DNA from: Octopus vulgaris
Taxonomy: Eukaryota
Direction of reading: 5' to 3'
Assembly: GCA_951406725.2 (NCBI GenBank)
Contig: OX597818.1
Span: forward strand, 59,768,001 to 59,832,000
DNA: 64,000 bases
Both the position numbers and the translations under genes were made by a program. Every line of letters starts with the position of its first letter. Positions within the stretch are counted from its first letter, which is position 1. This document shows positions 13,032-24,834 of this stretch, piece by piece. The notes below the pieces were generated by a model. The model did not search any database and had not been told where the DNA came from. It was given only the letters and a program-made list of their open reading frames with translations.

Positions 13032-13760
13032 TCTTTTATTTGTTTCAGTGATTTGACAGCGGCCATGCTGGAGCACCGCCCTTAGTCGAGTAAATTGACC
13101 CCAGGACTTATTCTTTGTAAGCCTAGTACTAATTCTATCAGTCTCTTTTGCTGAACCGCTATGTTATGGGGACGTAAATGTACCAGCATCGGTTATCAAC
13201 TAATTTTGGGCGGGACAAACACAGGCACACAGACACACATACACATATATACATATATATATATATTTATATATATATACGACAGCCTTCTTTCAGCTTT
13301 CATCTACCGAATCCACTCACAAGGCTTTGGTCGGCCCGAAGCTATAGTAGAAGATACTTGCCGAAGGTGCCACGCATTGGAATTGAACTTAGAATCATCA
13401 TACCAACAGGCACCCAACCACATGGTTCTATCGCTTTTCTCAGACATACTGTGTGGCACCTTGTGCAGATGTTTTTTACTATAGCCTCGGGCCGACTAAA
13501 ACTCTTGTAAGTGGATCTGGTGGACAGAAACTGAACGAAGCCCTTCGTATATATGTATATATTTGTCTGTTTGTGTCTCTATTTCCCCCAGCGCAATCGC
13601 TTCACAAGAGAGGTCGGTGTGTTTATCTCCCCGTAACTTAGTATTTCGGCAAAGGAATGAGGTAGGATAGGTACTAGGCTGACAAAAGTTAAGCCTTGGG
13701 TTCGATTTCTTCGACTAAAACCGTTTAAGGCTGAACTCCAGTATGGCCGAAACGAATAAA
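13032..13760. mobile_element. Two SINE-C copies head-to-head (13032-13385 minus, 13415-13760 plus)
   Basis: Both match the SINE-C consensus in opposite orientations; the right copy is more diverged. Confidence 0.8.
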
Positions 13761-13876
13761 ATAAATAAAAGAATATAATTAGAAGTCCACATTTATTCTT
13801 ATAGTCACAAGAAATATGATATGACGGGCAGAAAAGGAGACAAAAATGTCGCACAGACCGAATAAAGACGCAAATA

Positions 13877-14301
13877 CAGGGTGTTCAAAAGGACTCCCTG
13901 CAGTGAATTTTTTCAAGGGTTTTCCAATGAACGGATTATTTCGAAGGGGCTTTGACCACAAAGATCGCCTGATTTACCACCGCCAAACATTTTTTTTTTC
14001 TGGGGAGCAAGTAAACGATCAGTGTCCAAGAATCGCCTGAAAAACCATTAATGAGCTAAAAGACGCAATCATAAATCTTCACACGGTCCATACCGCGTCA
14101 GACTCTGCAAGATGTATTTCAAAACATGCGTAGAAGAGTCAACGTATGTATTGAAAATGAAGGACGACATTTTCAACAGCTCTTATAAAGTTTTTTAAAG
14201 TCTTGTAAAGTCTAAATTATTCTTTTGTAGTCTTATACCATCTTATAAATACTTATTTTGCCATAAAATACTTACTGCGGAGAGATTATTTAAACACCCT
14301 G
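13877..14301 (+). mobile_element. Internally deleted Tc1/mariner element
   Basis: TIRs CAGGGTGTTCAAA...CTGCAGT and ACTGCGG...TTAAACACCCTG, TA on both sides; residual PQRSPDL..FFWG and NMRRRVNVCIENEGRHFQQLL. Confidence 0.85.
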
Positions 14302-14797
14302 TACAAGTACAAGAAATTTTGCATAGTCACACAACTCGCTAAATACTAAATCCGTTTCAAATATCTACTATTTCAATGAAATTAGAAAATACACAACATA
14401 AATCTGAGAATCATGGCTTCTCAACGAAGAGAGGTATTTTTTTTGTCACAGGTTAAAAGAATTACATAGGATTACCTGCTTACTATAATCAAACATGTGT
14501 AGGTATATATTGCAAACGTTTCGTAAGTTTCGTTGCTTTTTAAGAAACGAAAATGTAATTTCACCAGTCCATAGCAAAACCGTTGTACACTACTATGACA
14601 ATTTTTGACAGCTTGGCATCTGAACCCAGCTGGAGATACGATAGTTTGACCAAAAGAACCGCTAATCCAAGCAAAAATAAATATTGAAAACAACGTATTT
14701 GGCCACATTTGGACATACGACAGTTTATGGTAATAGCAACTAATATATATATATATATATATATATATGTATAAGTATGTATGTATGTATATATCTA

Positions 14798-14834
<37 letters not shown>

Positions 14835-15568
14835 GGGGTGCGTGTGCGTGTGTACATACCGGAGTAAGCGCATAAATGTGAAACAAGGTGGAAAAGAAAG
14901 TACTCAAATACCAGAGGCAGAGGAATATGCTTTATTTAAAAGCAGCAGAAATCTAACAAAAGCTGTTACTCAGAGTTTGACGTTCCCGGGCTGATAAATT
15001 TAGTGCCAGTTGCGTACTGGTGTCGATCTAATCAACTGGTCCCCTCCACCAAAATTTCGGGCCTTGGGCCTAAGTAGAAAAGGATATTTATTTTAATTTT
15101 CCATGTGATATTTTGTCTTACAAACTGCTTCTTCGTCCTACATTTGCAAAACAGAGTATTAAAATAGGTAAGCTCCCTACGGATAGAGATCTGACGATAG
15201 ATTTACCTGCGAGCTTATAATCGAAACAGCTGTAAAGTAACGAAGGTGATTGGATAAGTTTCCTTCTTTGTCCTTTATTCATTAATTACTCTTGGCATTG
15301 GGAGATTTAGCACGAAATCAAAATGTTTCTCTATTTCCAACGGTTTTGAATTCTTTCGTTGCATAGGAGTCTTCTGTTTTCTTTGATTTACTGGCATGAC
15401 ACACTTGTGTGCATTTCCTGCCAATTTCTTAGTTACTCAATACAATGTTTTTCTATCGCTTTTCTCATCTGTTATTTGGCTAAGTTTTTCCAGGTTTCTT
15501 TATCAACTTGCAACTACGTTTTACTAATTTATCTTTATTATAATTTTGACAATATATACTTATATGAA

Positions 15569-16150
15569 AGCGGCATTCTGGCAGAAACGTTAGCACGCCG
15601 GGCGAAATGCGTAGCCGTATTTCGTCTGCCGCTACGTTCTGAGTTCAAATTCTGCCGAGGTCAATTTTGCCTTTCATCCTTTCGGGGTCGATAAATTAAG
15701 TACCAGTTGCGCACTGGGGTCAATGTAATCGACTTAATCCGTTTGTCTGCCCTTGTTTGTCCTCTCTGTGTGTAGCCCCTTGTGGGTAGTAAAGAAATAG
15801 GTATTTCGTCTATCTTTATGTTCTGAGTTCAAATCCTGCCGAGGTCGACTTTGCCTTTTATCCTTTCGGCGTCGATAAATTAAGTACCAGTTGCGCACTG
15901 GGGTCAATGTAATCGACTTAATCCGTTTGTCTGCCATTATTTGTCCTCTCTGTGTGTAGCCCCTTGTGGGTAGTAAAGAAATAGGTATTTCGTCTATCTT
16001 TATGTTCTGAGTTCAAATCCCGCCGAGGTCGACTTTGCCTTTCATCCTTTCGGGATCGATAAATTAAGCACCAGCTGCGTACTGGGTTCGATCTAATCGA
16101 CTATCCACCCCGCAAAAAACTTTTCGGGCCTTGTTCCTACAGTAGAAAAA
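15569..16150 (+). mobile_element. SINE family A with 3 tandem internal units
   Basis: One A-box head, then a roughly 180-bp B-box/core unit repeated 3 times, ending in the short tail. Confidence 0.9.
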
Positions 16151-16174
16151 ATATATATACATATATGTAAAAAG

Positions 16175-16494
16175 ACTCCGCCGGTTACGACGACGAGGGT
16201 TCCGGTTGATCCGATCAACGGAACAGCTTGCTCGTGAAATTAACGTGCAAATGGCTGAGCATTCCACAGACACGTGTACCCTTAACGTAGTTCTCGGGGA
16301 TAATCAGCGTGACACAGAGAGTGACAAGGCTGACCCTTTGAAATACAAGTACAACTCATTTTTGCCAGCTGAGTGGACTGGAGCAACGTGAAATAAAGTG
16401 TCTTGCTCAAGGACACAACGCGTCGCCGGGAATCGAACTCACAACCTTACGATCATGAGCCGAATGCCCTAACCACTAAGCCACGCGCCCTCAC
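16175..16494 (-). mobile_element. Chimeric SINE: family E head/core plus family B 3' body and tail
   Basis: Head GTGGCTTAGTGG...GTTCGATTCCC and GTGTCCTTGAGCAAGACAC core, then TTTCAAAGGG...GTCGTAACCGGCGGAGT as in family B. Confidence 0.85.
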
Positions 16495-16539
16495 TACATA
16501 TATATATATATATATATGTAACTAATTATCTGTATCCGT

Positions 16540-16800
16540 TGCTTTGTCATTTTCATTGATTCCTTTTCATCAATGCGTTCCCAACTGTCGCACGGCATCC
16601 AAACGTCTTTCTTGTTGCTTCTTTTTCTTAAAAAAAATATTCTCTGCAATTTCTTTGATGAACTTTTGAAATAACAAAATCCTATGCTTCAAGCTCTTCA
16701 TTATCAGTGAAGTTTCAAACTATTCTAAAAGCATCACTGGTATTTCCGTCTTTCAAAGTCAAAATGTCTTGACATTTCGATTTCCTTTACATTTCTATCT
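16540..16800 (-). mobile_element. Possible very decayed mariner N-terminal fragment
   Basis: Scattered residues (NEELEA, KEIAE, RLDAV) resemble the second HTH of mariner transposases; many stops. Confidence 0.3.
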
Positions 16801-17399
16801 TTTTTTTAGCGAGAGCATGACTTTGCCAGTAAAAATTTGGTGACCTGAGATGTCAGCACCCCTATATACTCAACTGTCTTTTACAGTAGATCTCCCTCTC
16901 TTTCTAATACATAAATGGTCCAGTTCATTTGAAGTTCCATCGCGTTTGATGATTCAAATGCCGCCGTCTTGCTATTCATTGCCGCTAATACCAATTCTGT
17001 CGAAAAAATAGAGATTACTAAGAAAATCAAACAATTAAGCTGCAGCTCGAAATGAAATTTATGCTGAATTATTGAAACGTGGCCATCCAAATATAAATGG
17101 TTAACTCTTGTTAACAACATGGTTAACAATAATGGTTAACAATATTCGGGAAAATGAATGCTTACCTGATTATTGAAGACTTGGAGCCATCGTCAAGTCA
17201 CCTAAGGAGAGAAAGTTGCACCACACAGTTCTAAACCCATCTCAAGTAAATCCTTTTCTCATGCCCTCCTCATCAGATTGGTATTTGACAAAGATAGTCA
17301 GTTATTATTTTTTACCTTTAATTCCTGGTATGTACCCTATCTGTCTCTTTTGCTCAAAGAGATAATTTACGGTGATGTAAACACACCAACAGAGAATAA

Positions 17400-17600
17400 G
17401 AAACTGTTCTGACCAAATTGTAGAAAAAGAATACATCCTACGAATATAAAGTTCGATCCTTAATTGCATAGACTAGAGGAAAGCTTTTGACAGTATCCAT
17501 AGAGAAAACTATTTCATTTTCTACGATAATATATCGTTCTTCAGAAGTGTGTTAATATTGTGTACGAAAAGATACATTCGATGATGGCGTCTATTGAACC
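17400..17600 (+). mobile_element. Decayed non-LTR RT fragment (RTE-like)
   Basis: CID*RKAFDSIHRE matches the D..KAFDS RT motif. Confidence 0.5.
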
Positions 17601-17929
17601 AGGTCTTTCACTTTACTTGGTCCCGTTTTCTTTGGTTGGACCTTGCTGAATTACTAGATAATCATAGACTGATCATCATAGACTGCGTGGCCCAATGGCA
17701 CCAATCTCATGATTGTGGACCTACTTTTCATACATTTATGTGTGCATGTGTAATATTCAAATGTCATATTCAAACATTTTACTGCGTTTTACTATTTAGA
17801 GACTCAAAAATCAAATTCAGTATATTTAATTACATTTTTTTTTATTTCAATCAATAGATTGTTTCCATGCTATGGCGCCAACTTGTAGGATTTTAGTCGA
17901 AAGAATCGTTTGCAGTTATTATTTCTTTC

Positions 17930-18060
17930 CTTTAAAACCTGGTACTTTATCTGTCTCTTTTGCTGAACAGATAATTTAAAGTGGTGTAAACACTCCAACA
18001 CCGTTTGGCAATCGGTGGCTGGAGACAAACACAGATGCAAATGCACACACACACATACCT

Positions 18061-18097
<37 letters not shown>

Positions 18098-18290
18098 TGC
18101 TCGCGCACACACGCATGCTTGCATACACACATAGCCAAAACGCTTCTTACAATTTCCGTCTACCACATCCACTCAGAAGGCTTTGGTCGGCCCAAGGCTA
18201 GAGTAGAAAACACTTGTACAAGATGACTGAACCTAGAAGCAGGTGATTGGCAAGAAAATGTCTTACTACGCAGCCACGACCGTTCCTATT
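17930..18290 (-). mobile_element. SINE family C, diverged
   Basis: TTTCCGTCTACCACATCCACTCAGAAGGCTTTGGTCGGCCC, with an internal (CA)n. Confidence 0.75.
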
Positions 18291-19011
18291 TGGCAAATTT
18301 CCAATATGAAATAAACAAATCGAATTTTGCAGGATAGTAGTTACCTTAAAATCGCCGTCTGTGTATCATGTTACATGTATACACACTATTCGTAGTTTTA
18401 GTAGACATGTGCTTAAAGCACAATAAGATACTTCGAAGTGAGACAAACATCGTGAGTTACAAGAACAGACACACACACACAAACATACACGATGGGATTT
18501 TTTCAGATTCCATCTACGAAAATCGCTCACAAACCTTTCGTGGTCAAAAGCTGTAGTGTAAGACACTTGCCCAGATGTCAGACGGTGGGACTGAACTATA
18601 CAGACACCAAATCCACCAAACCTTCTCCCCACAGGAAAAAAAGAACAGACACCACAAAATTTAGAAGACCCCCCTCCCCCGGTGAAAAAGGTTATGTGTG
18701 CATGGAGGAGAGAGTGTTGTCACTCAGCGATGGGGAAAACGGTAAACGAAAGACTAGACCAAAAACTAAAGAGGACTCAGGACTCAGAGGTGGCGAGTGG
18801 TGTTACTCAGTGTCGGGTGAGTAACACACGTATGTTCTCAGGTATCATTCATGTATCATTATTTTAATATTTTGATTTTAATGTTGTTCATGTTCATTTT
18901 CATGTGTCATTCATAGCATCATATTTTTATTTTCATTGTTATATATCCCCTACATGTGTTTTAGTGTCCCCCCCCTTTATGTAATGCCTTTATAGCAATT
19001 TAAAAGAAATA

Positions 19012-19152
19012 AAGAAGCTTACTTCCCAACCACATGGTTCCGGGTTCAGTCCCACTGCGTGGCACCTTGGGGAGGTGTCTTCTACTATTGCCTCGGGTCA
19101 ACCAAACCCTTGTGAGTGGATTTGGTAGACGGAAACTGAAAGAAGCCCGTCG

Positions 19153-19183
<31 letters not shown>

Positions 19184-19560
19184 ACCTATGTGTGTGTGTG
19201 AGTGTGTGTGTGTGTGTTTGTCCCACCATCACCACTTAAAAACCAACGTTGATGTGTTTACGTCCCCCGTAACCTAGAGGTTAGGCAAAAGACACCGACG
19301 GAAAAAGTACCAAGATTATTAGGAAAAGTTTACGAAAAAAACAAACAGATGTATTAGTATAACGCTCAGAAATAGAAAAAAATCTTTTACGTTTCGAGCC
19401 TACGCTCTTCTACAGAAAGGCACACAGAAAAAAACAAGGAGAGAAACAAGGAAAGAAAAAAATGTGTATAGTGGCTAACGGTCTATCATGGCGACCAAGA
19501 TTATTAGTCGACTGACTCTTCAGTTGGTCGCTGTCTAATGATTTAAAGAGGTAAAAGATA
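19012..19560 (+). mobile_element. SINE family C interrupted by a 171-bp insertion
   Basis: Head and body at 19012-19322; decayed tail resumes after 19494. Confidence 0.75.
19323..19493 (-). mobile_element. 171-bp mini-element (family F) carrying an HHR-like motif at 19383-19420
   Basis: 14-bp TSD ACCAAGATTATTAG at 19309-19322 and 19494-19507; relatives at 29322-29390 and 34028-34375. Confidence 0.8.
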
Positions 19561-19597
19561 AATGGTAAAACGATATATATATATAAATAAATATATG

Positions 19598-19843
19598 CTT
19601 CCTTTTTAAAGCCTAGACAGGCTCATGGGCCCGGTTTTCGGTTTCATTGGCGTAGAAATTCCCCACCTAGACGGGACGCCGGTCCGTCGCAGAATTACTC
19701 ATTTTTGCCAGCTGAGTTGACTGGAGCAATGTGAAATGAAGTGTTTTGCTCAAGAACACAACGCGTCGCCCGATACAGGAATCGAAACCTCAATCTGACG
19801 ATCATGATGCTGACACTGTAACCACTAAGCCACGAGCGTCCAC
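19598..19843 (-). mobile_element. SINE family E (tRNA head, V-domain-like segment)
   Basis: GTGGCTTAGTGG...GTTTCGATTCC, GTGTTCTTGAGCAAAACAC, CTGCGACGGACCGGCGTCCCGTC. Confidence 0.75.
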
Positions 19844-19857
19844 ACACACACACACAT

Positions 19858-19889
<32 letters not shown>

Positions 19890-19913
19890 GCATGTACAGA
19901 TAGATAGATAGAG

Positions 19914-19968
<55 letters not shown>

Positions 19969-20326
19969 CAGATAGGCAGATATATCTGTAATGAATATAC
20001 ATATGCATGAATATATGTATATCCTACACACATACACACACACACACATACACACAAACACACACACACACTCACATGCATTGATAGGTGAAATAGCACA
20101 AAAGAACGGGGAAGTAATTGACAGATGAGGGACAGCGTGAGAGGTTACAACAGGTAAAAAAAAAATTCGGAGAGTGATGAACAAAGTGCAAACACACGAA
20201 AACAGCTTGTAAATATTAAAAGAAATAGTCCAGAGAGAGAATAGTATGTCGAACAGAAAAAAGAAAAGGAAATGGCTGACATTTGAGGTGAAGCCTTTAT
20301 TAAAATAGATTAAGAAACAATATAGT

Positions 20327-20694
20327 GGAAGCACTCCGTCGGTTACGACGATGAGGGTTCCGGTTGATCCGATCAACGGAACAGCCTACTCGTGAAATTA
20401 ACGTGTAAGTGGCTGAGCACTCCACAGACACGTGTACCCTTAACGTAGTTCTCGGGGATATTCAGCGTGACAAGGCCGGCCCTTTGAAATACAGGTACAA
20501 CAGAAACAGGAAGTAAGAGTGAGAGAAAGTTGTGGTGAAAGAGTACAGCAGGGATCACCACCTACCCTGCCCGAGCCTCGTAGAGCTTCAGGTATTTTCG
20601 CTCAATAAACACTCACAACGCCCTGTCTGGGAATCGAAACCGCGATCCTTCGACCGCGAGTCCGCTGCCCTAACCACTAGGCCATTGAGCCTCC
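20327..20694 (-). mobile_element. SINE family B, full length
   Basis: 16-bp TSD TAAGAAACAATATAGT at 20311-20326 and 20695-20710. Confidence 0.92.
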
Positions 20695-20793
20695 TAAGAA
20701 ACAATATAGTAGAAATAAAACAAATAACGATAACTATTTGTAGTGTATGCGTATCTGTGTCCTACTTTCTGTCGGTAGTATTTTTCCCCGTGT

Positions 20794-21726
20794 AAGGCGG
20801 CGAGCTGGCAGAAACGTTACGTTCTCAGTTGCAATTCCGCTGAGGTCCATTTTCCCATTCATCCTTTCGGGGTCGATAAATAACGTACCAGTTACGCACC
20901 GGGGTCGATGCAATCGACTTCATCCATTTGTCTGTCCTTTTTTGTCCCCTCTATCTTTAGACACTTGTGGGCAATAAAGAAATAAGAAACGTTAGCACGC
21001 CGGGCGAAATGCGTGGCCGTATTTCGTCTGCTGTTTCGTTGTGAGTTAAGATTTCGCCAAGGTCGACTGGGGTCGATGTAATCAACTTACTCCGTTTGTC
21101 TGTCCTTGTTTTTCCTCTGTGTTTAGCCCCTTGTGGGTAGTAAAGAAATAGGTATTTCGTCTGTGGTTACTTTCTGAGTTCAAATTCCGCCGAGGTCGAC
21201 TTTGCCTTTCAACCTTTCGGGGTCAATTAAATAAGTACCAGTTACGCACTGGGGTCGATATAATCGACTTAATCCGTTTGTCTGTTTTTGTTTGTCCCTT
21301 CTGTGTTTAGCCCCTTGTGGGTAGTAAAGAAATAGAAATAGTTATTTCGTCTACCGTTACGTTCTGAGTTCAAATTCAGCCGAGGTCGACTTTCCCTTTC
21401 ATCCTTTCGTGGTCGATAAATTAAATACCAGTTACACACTGGGGTCGATGTAATCGGCTTAATCCCTTTGTCTGTCCTTGTTTGTCCTCTCTGTGTGTAG
21501 CCTCTTGTGGACAGTAAAGAAATATGAAACGTGAGCACGCCGGGCGAAACGCTTAGATGTATTTCGGCTGACTTTACGTTCTGAGTTCAAATTCTGCTGA
21601 GTTCGACATTGCCTTTCATCCTTTCGGGGGTCGATAAATTAAATGCTAGTTGCATACTGGGGTTGATCTAATCGACTGGCCCCTTCCCCCAAAATTTCGA
21701 TCCTTCTACCTAGATTAGAAAAGAGT
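20794..21726 (+). mobile_element. SINE family A tandem array (about 5 units)
   Basis: Repeated B-box/core units, with partial heads restarting at about 20985 and 21525. Confidence 0.9.
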
Positions 21727-22197
21727 ATATTTCCCCCTTATTAAAGTCACGTGCACAACTGACTCCCGCAAAAAAAAAAAAAAACATTTTTCTTTTTAGC
21801 ATCTGAATTTTAAAGTTCCACTGATATTTTTTCGATCAATATATAATGTTTCAATCATTTTGCTTTGTTCCTCAGACTGTTCCAGAATATTCTCCATATA
21901 TTATCCCCCATGTCGAGGTAATGTCTAGAGGGATAGTCTTTCATATTTGACAACGGGCTTCAGACTTTGGGCTATGTATGTATATGCGTTTCTCTGTACG
22001 AGTAAATGGGTATATGTATATGTCGATATCTTTATGTGTATGTGTGTATAAACGTATATGCGTGTGTGTATACGAGAATGTGTGTGTATGCATATATTTG
22101 AATTTATCTGCATGTGTCTGGATGTATATACGCTTGTATGTCCATGTGCATGTGCGTATGTATGTATACGTAAGTTTCTATGTAAACTTTTATGCGT

Positions 22198-22235
<38 letters not shown>

Positions 22236-22600
22236 TTGTATCTGTAAGTGTATGTAAGTGTATCTGTGCGTATATATATGTTTGTACGTATAAGTGTTTT
22301 CATGCCTGTATATATGTTTGCATAAATATGTGTATGTGTGTTTACACGTATCTTCATGAATAGGCGTATATGTGTATGTATATGCATATATGCATCTGAG
22401 TTGGTGTTCATCCAAGTTTGTTAGTATACACGGGCTGTACATGTTAATGTGTGTATATATGTATGCATGTCACTATGTATATAAATATATACGTATAGTT
22501 ATACATATATGCATATATAAATTATATACATATATATATATATATGTATATACATAAATACATGTACATATATAAATATATCTACCTAATATATGTATAC

Positions 22601-22700
<100 letters not shown>

Positions 22701-23007
22701 GTTTAAGCTTGCGTGTTTGAATGCATGAATATTTTCATGAAGAGGGTGAAAATTTATTGGGATTAATTCTTAGCGAAACTTAAAGCACTTGACGGCTAGC
22801 TAAACAGACTTCGACTTCAGGCAATTCTTTTCCCTTACCCGACAAATTGCTGACACCGATAGCTATTGTTGTTCCTAACCCTAGGATGTTATTCGATTTC
22901 CTGAAGGCATCCAAAACTGGTTAAAAGCTGCCATATATGAAAGCGATAAAAATGTAAACGGTCCACTGCCGTCATCACCTTCCCCCAAGTTCTTGCATAA
23001 CATATAT

Positions 23008-23059
<52 letters not shown>

Positions 23060-23362
23060 GTATGTATTTATGTGTGTATGTGCGTGTAAGTATGACTTAT
23101 TTAAATTTTTCTTTGCAAGATTCCAACTTGTCAAGCAAAGTGACAAGCCTACTTTGCTTCAGACAGCAGAGTTTCAGAGATTTGTGAATACGTGAATGGA
23201 AGTTAATGTTTGTATGGCTGTTTGCGTGGGCTTATATGTGAGTGTGTTTGGGCATTATTTATGTATGTGTGTTTGTGTTATAACTTGTGTATGTCATTAC
23301 GTGTGCGTGTGTAAGTATATGTATATGTATGAAAGTATACATGAATGTGTAGGTGTTAATGA

Positions 23363-23393
<31 letters not shown>

Positions 23394-24027
23394 CATATAT
23401 ATATGTATGTATGTATATTTATATATATATATATTAACATATATATATTTATGTGTATATATATATATTTATATATATATAAATATATATATATAAATGT
23501 AGCATGTGTATGTATGTAAGTGTATAGAAATGCATGTATGTGTGTGTGTATGCATATATGTATATATTGGTAGCTAGATAGACAGGTAGGTTGGTATGTA
23601 GGTAGAGCGGTTATTATGCATGCATATATGTGTGTATGTATATATGTATGTATGTATTTATGTATGTTTCTCTGTATGTGTTCTCGCGTGTGCGTGTGAT
23701 AGTATGACTCAATTATTTTCCTTACAGATTTCAAGCAGATCAAATAAAATGACAAGACTTCCTTGTTAAAGCCAAAAGAATTTAAAGGGATTTGTGGAAA
23801 TATGAATTCATGATTATAAATGCTTATACATATATATATATATACAAAAATTATTATACTTATAAACATTATAATAATTAGGGTTAAGCAAAATTGCTTC
23901 AACACATACCGAAATTTAGAAATAGCAGTTAAATACTATTCTACTACCATAAGATATTTCCTAGACAGCAATACTATCAGCTCACACAAGCAAAGAGAAA
24001 AATAACGAATCCACCCGGCTTTGATTA

Positions 24028-24096
24028 ACTATATACGCGTTTCTGGATTAAAGATATGTAAAATATCTCATACCTTATTTCCGTCATCAGTATAGT
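24028..24096 (-). ncRNA. Minimal type I hammerhead ribozyme motif with long stem II
   Basis: Minus strand reads ACTATA-CTGATGA-C GGA..AGATAT TTTAC ATATCT..TCC A-GAAA-CGCG-TA-TATAGT: 6-bp stem I, palindromic ACGCGT stem III, GUA triplet. Confidence 0.72.
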
Positions 24097-24139
24097 ATTT
24101 CAATTATAAATTTGAGAGCACTAACAATCAAGATATTTA

Positions 24140-24330
24140 TTTGACCAAACTCCATCGAAGAAAATTAATAACTAAAAATGGTGGTTGGATGTCACCCAGA
24201 ATGTTCGTCAATATCGACATTTTTTCGGTCATTTCGGAAACCTCCGAACCACTCGTACACTTGTGTGCGACTCATACACTCGTCTCCATACACTTTCTGT
24301 ATGTATGTATTTGTCCGTGGGTCAAAATTT
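24140..24330 (-). mobile_element. Mariner transposase N-terminal HTH fragment
   Basis: KVYGDECMSRTQVYEWF..FRNDR..VDIDEHSG. Confidence 0.75.
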
Positions 24331-24616
24331 GAAGTCCTATTCAACTTAAATGTTACAGGAAATTTCACTCTATTCTCATTATTGTGTTGACCCACCAGTG
24401 ATTCTTCCGTAGTTATTCCTAATAAGATTATAACCTTGTTTTGATATTTCCAATTTTTGGGTACATGTGCATTATATACGCTTCATAGTACTGAGGCAAA
24501 CATTCGCTCATTTCCTGCCTCAATAGTTACGAGTGTGTATTTAAAATTTACTTTGCGCCTATTTAACCTCTGTAGCTTGCCTATCATTTTACAACTTATA
24601 TTTCTTACTTTTACAT

Positions 24617-24826
24617 GTGAGCTGGCAGAATCGTTAGCAGGCCGGGAAAAACGCTTAGCACCATTTCGCCCGTCCTTTCCTTTTAAGTTCGAATTCCGCC
24701 ATGGTCGACTTCACCTTTATCATTCCAGGGTCAATAAAATAAGTACCAGTTGAGTACTAGAGTTGATGCAATCAACTTACTCCCTCCACGGAAAATGCTG
24801 GCCTTGGGCCAAAATTTCAAATCAAT
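24617..24826 (+). mobile_element. SINE family A, diverged short form
   Basis: GAGCTGGCAGAATCGTTAGCA head, core, and GGCCTTGGGCCAAAATTT tail. Confidence 0.75.
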
Positions 24827-24834
24827 ACAACTTT

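Noticed and set aside
17250-17280. CTGATGA...GAAA on the minus strand
   Set aside because: No pairing stem II or stem III.
20794-21726. CRISPR-like repeat array
   Set aside because: Units are about 180-bp full tandem copies without unique spacers; eukaryotic context and no cas genes.
22740-22990. Possible decayed CR1 C-terminus on the minus strand
   Set aside because: Too few residues match to support a call by eye.
23700-23815. Strong splice acceptor TTTCCTTACAG (also about 7608)
   Set aside because: Followed by early stops or no recognisable product, with no supporting partner exon.
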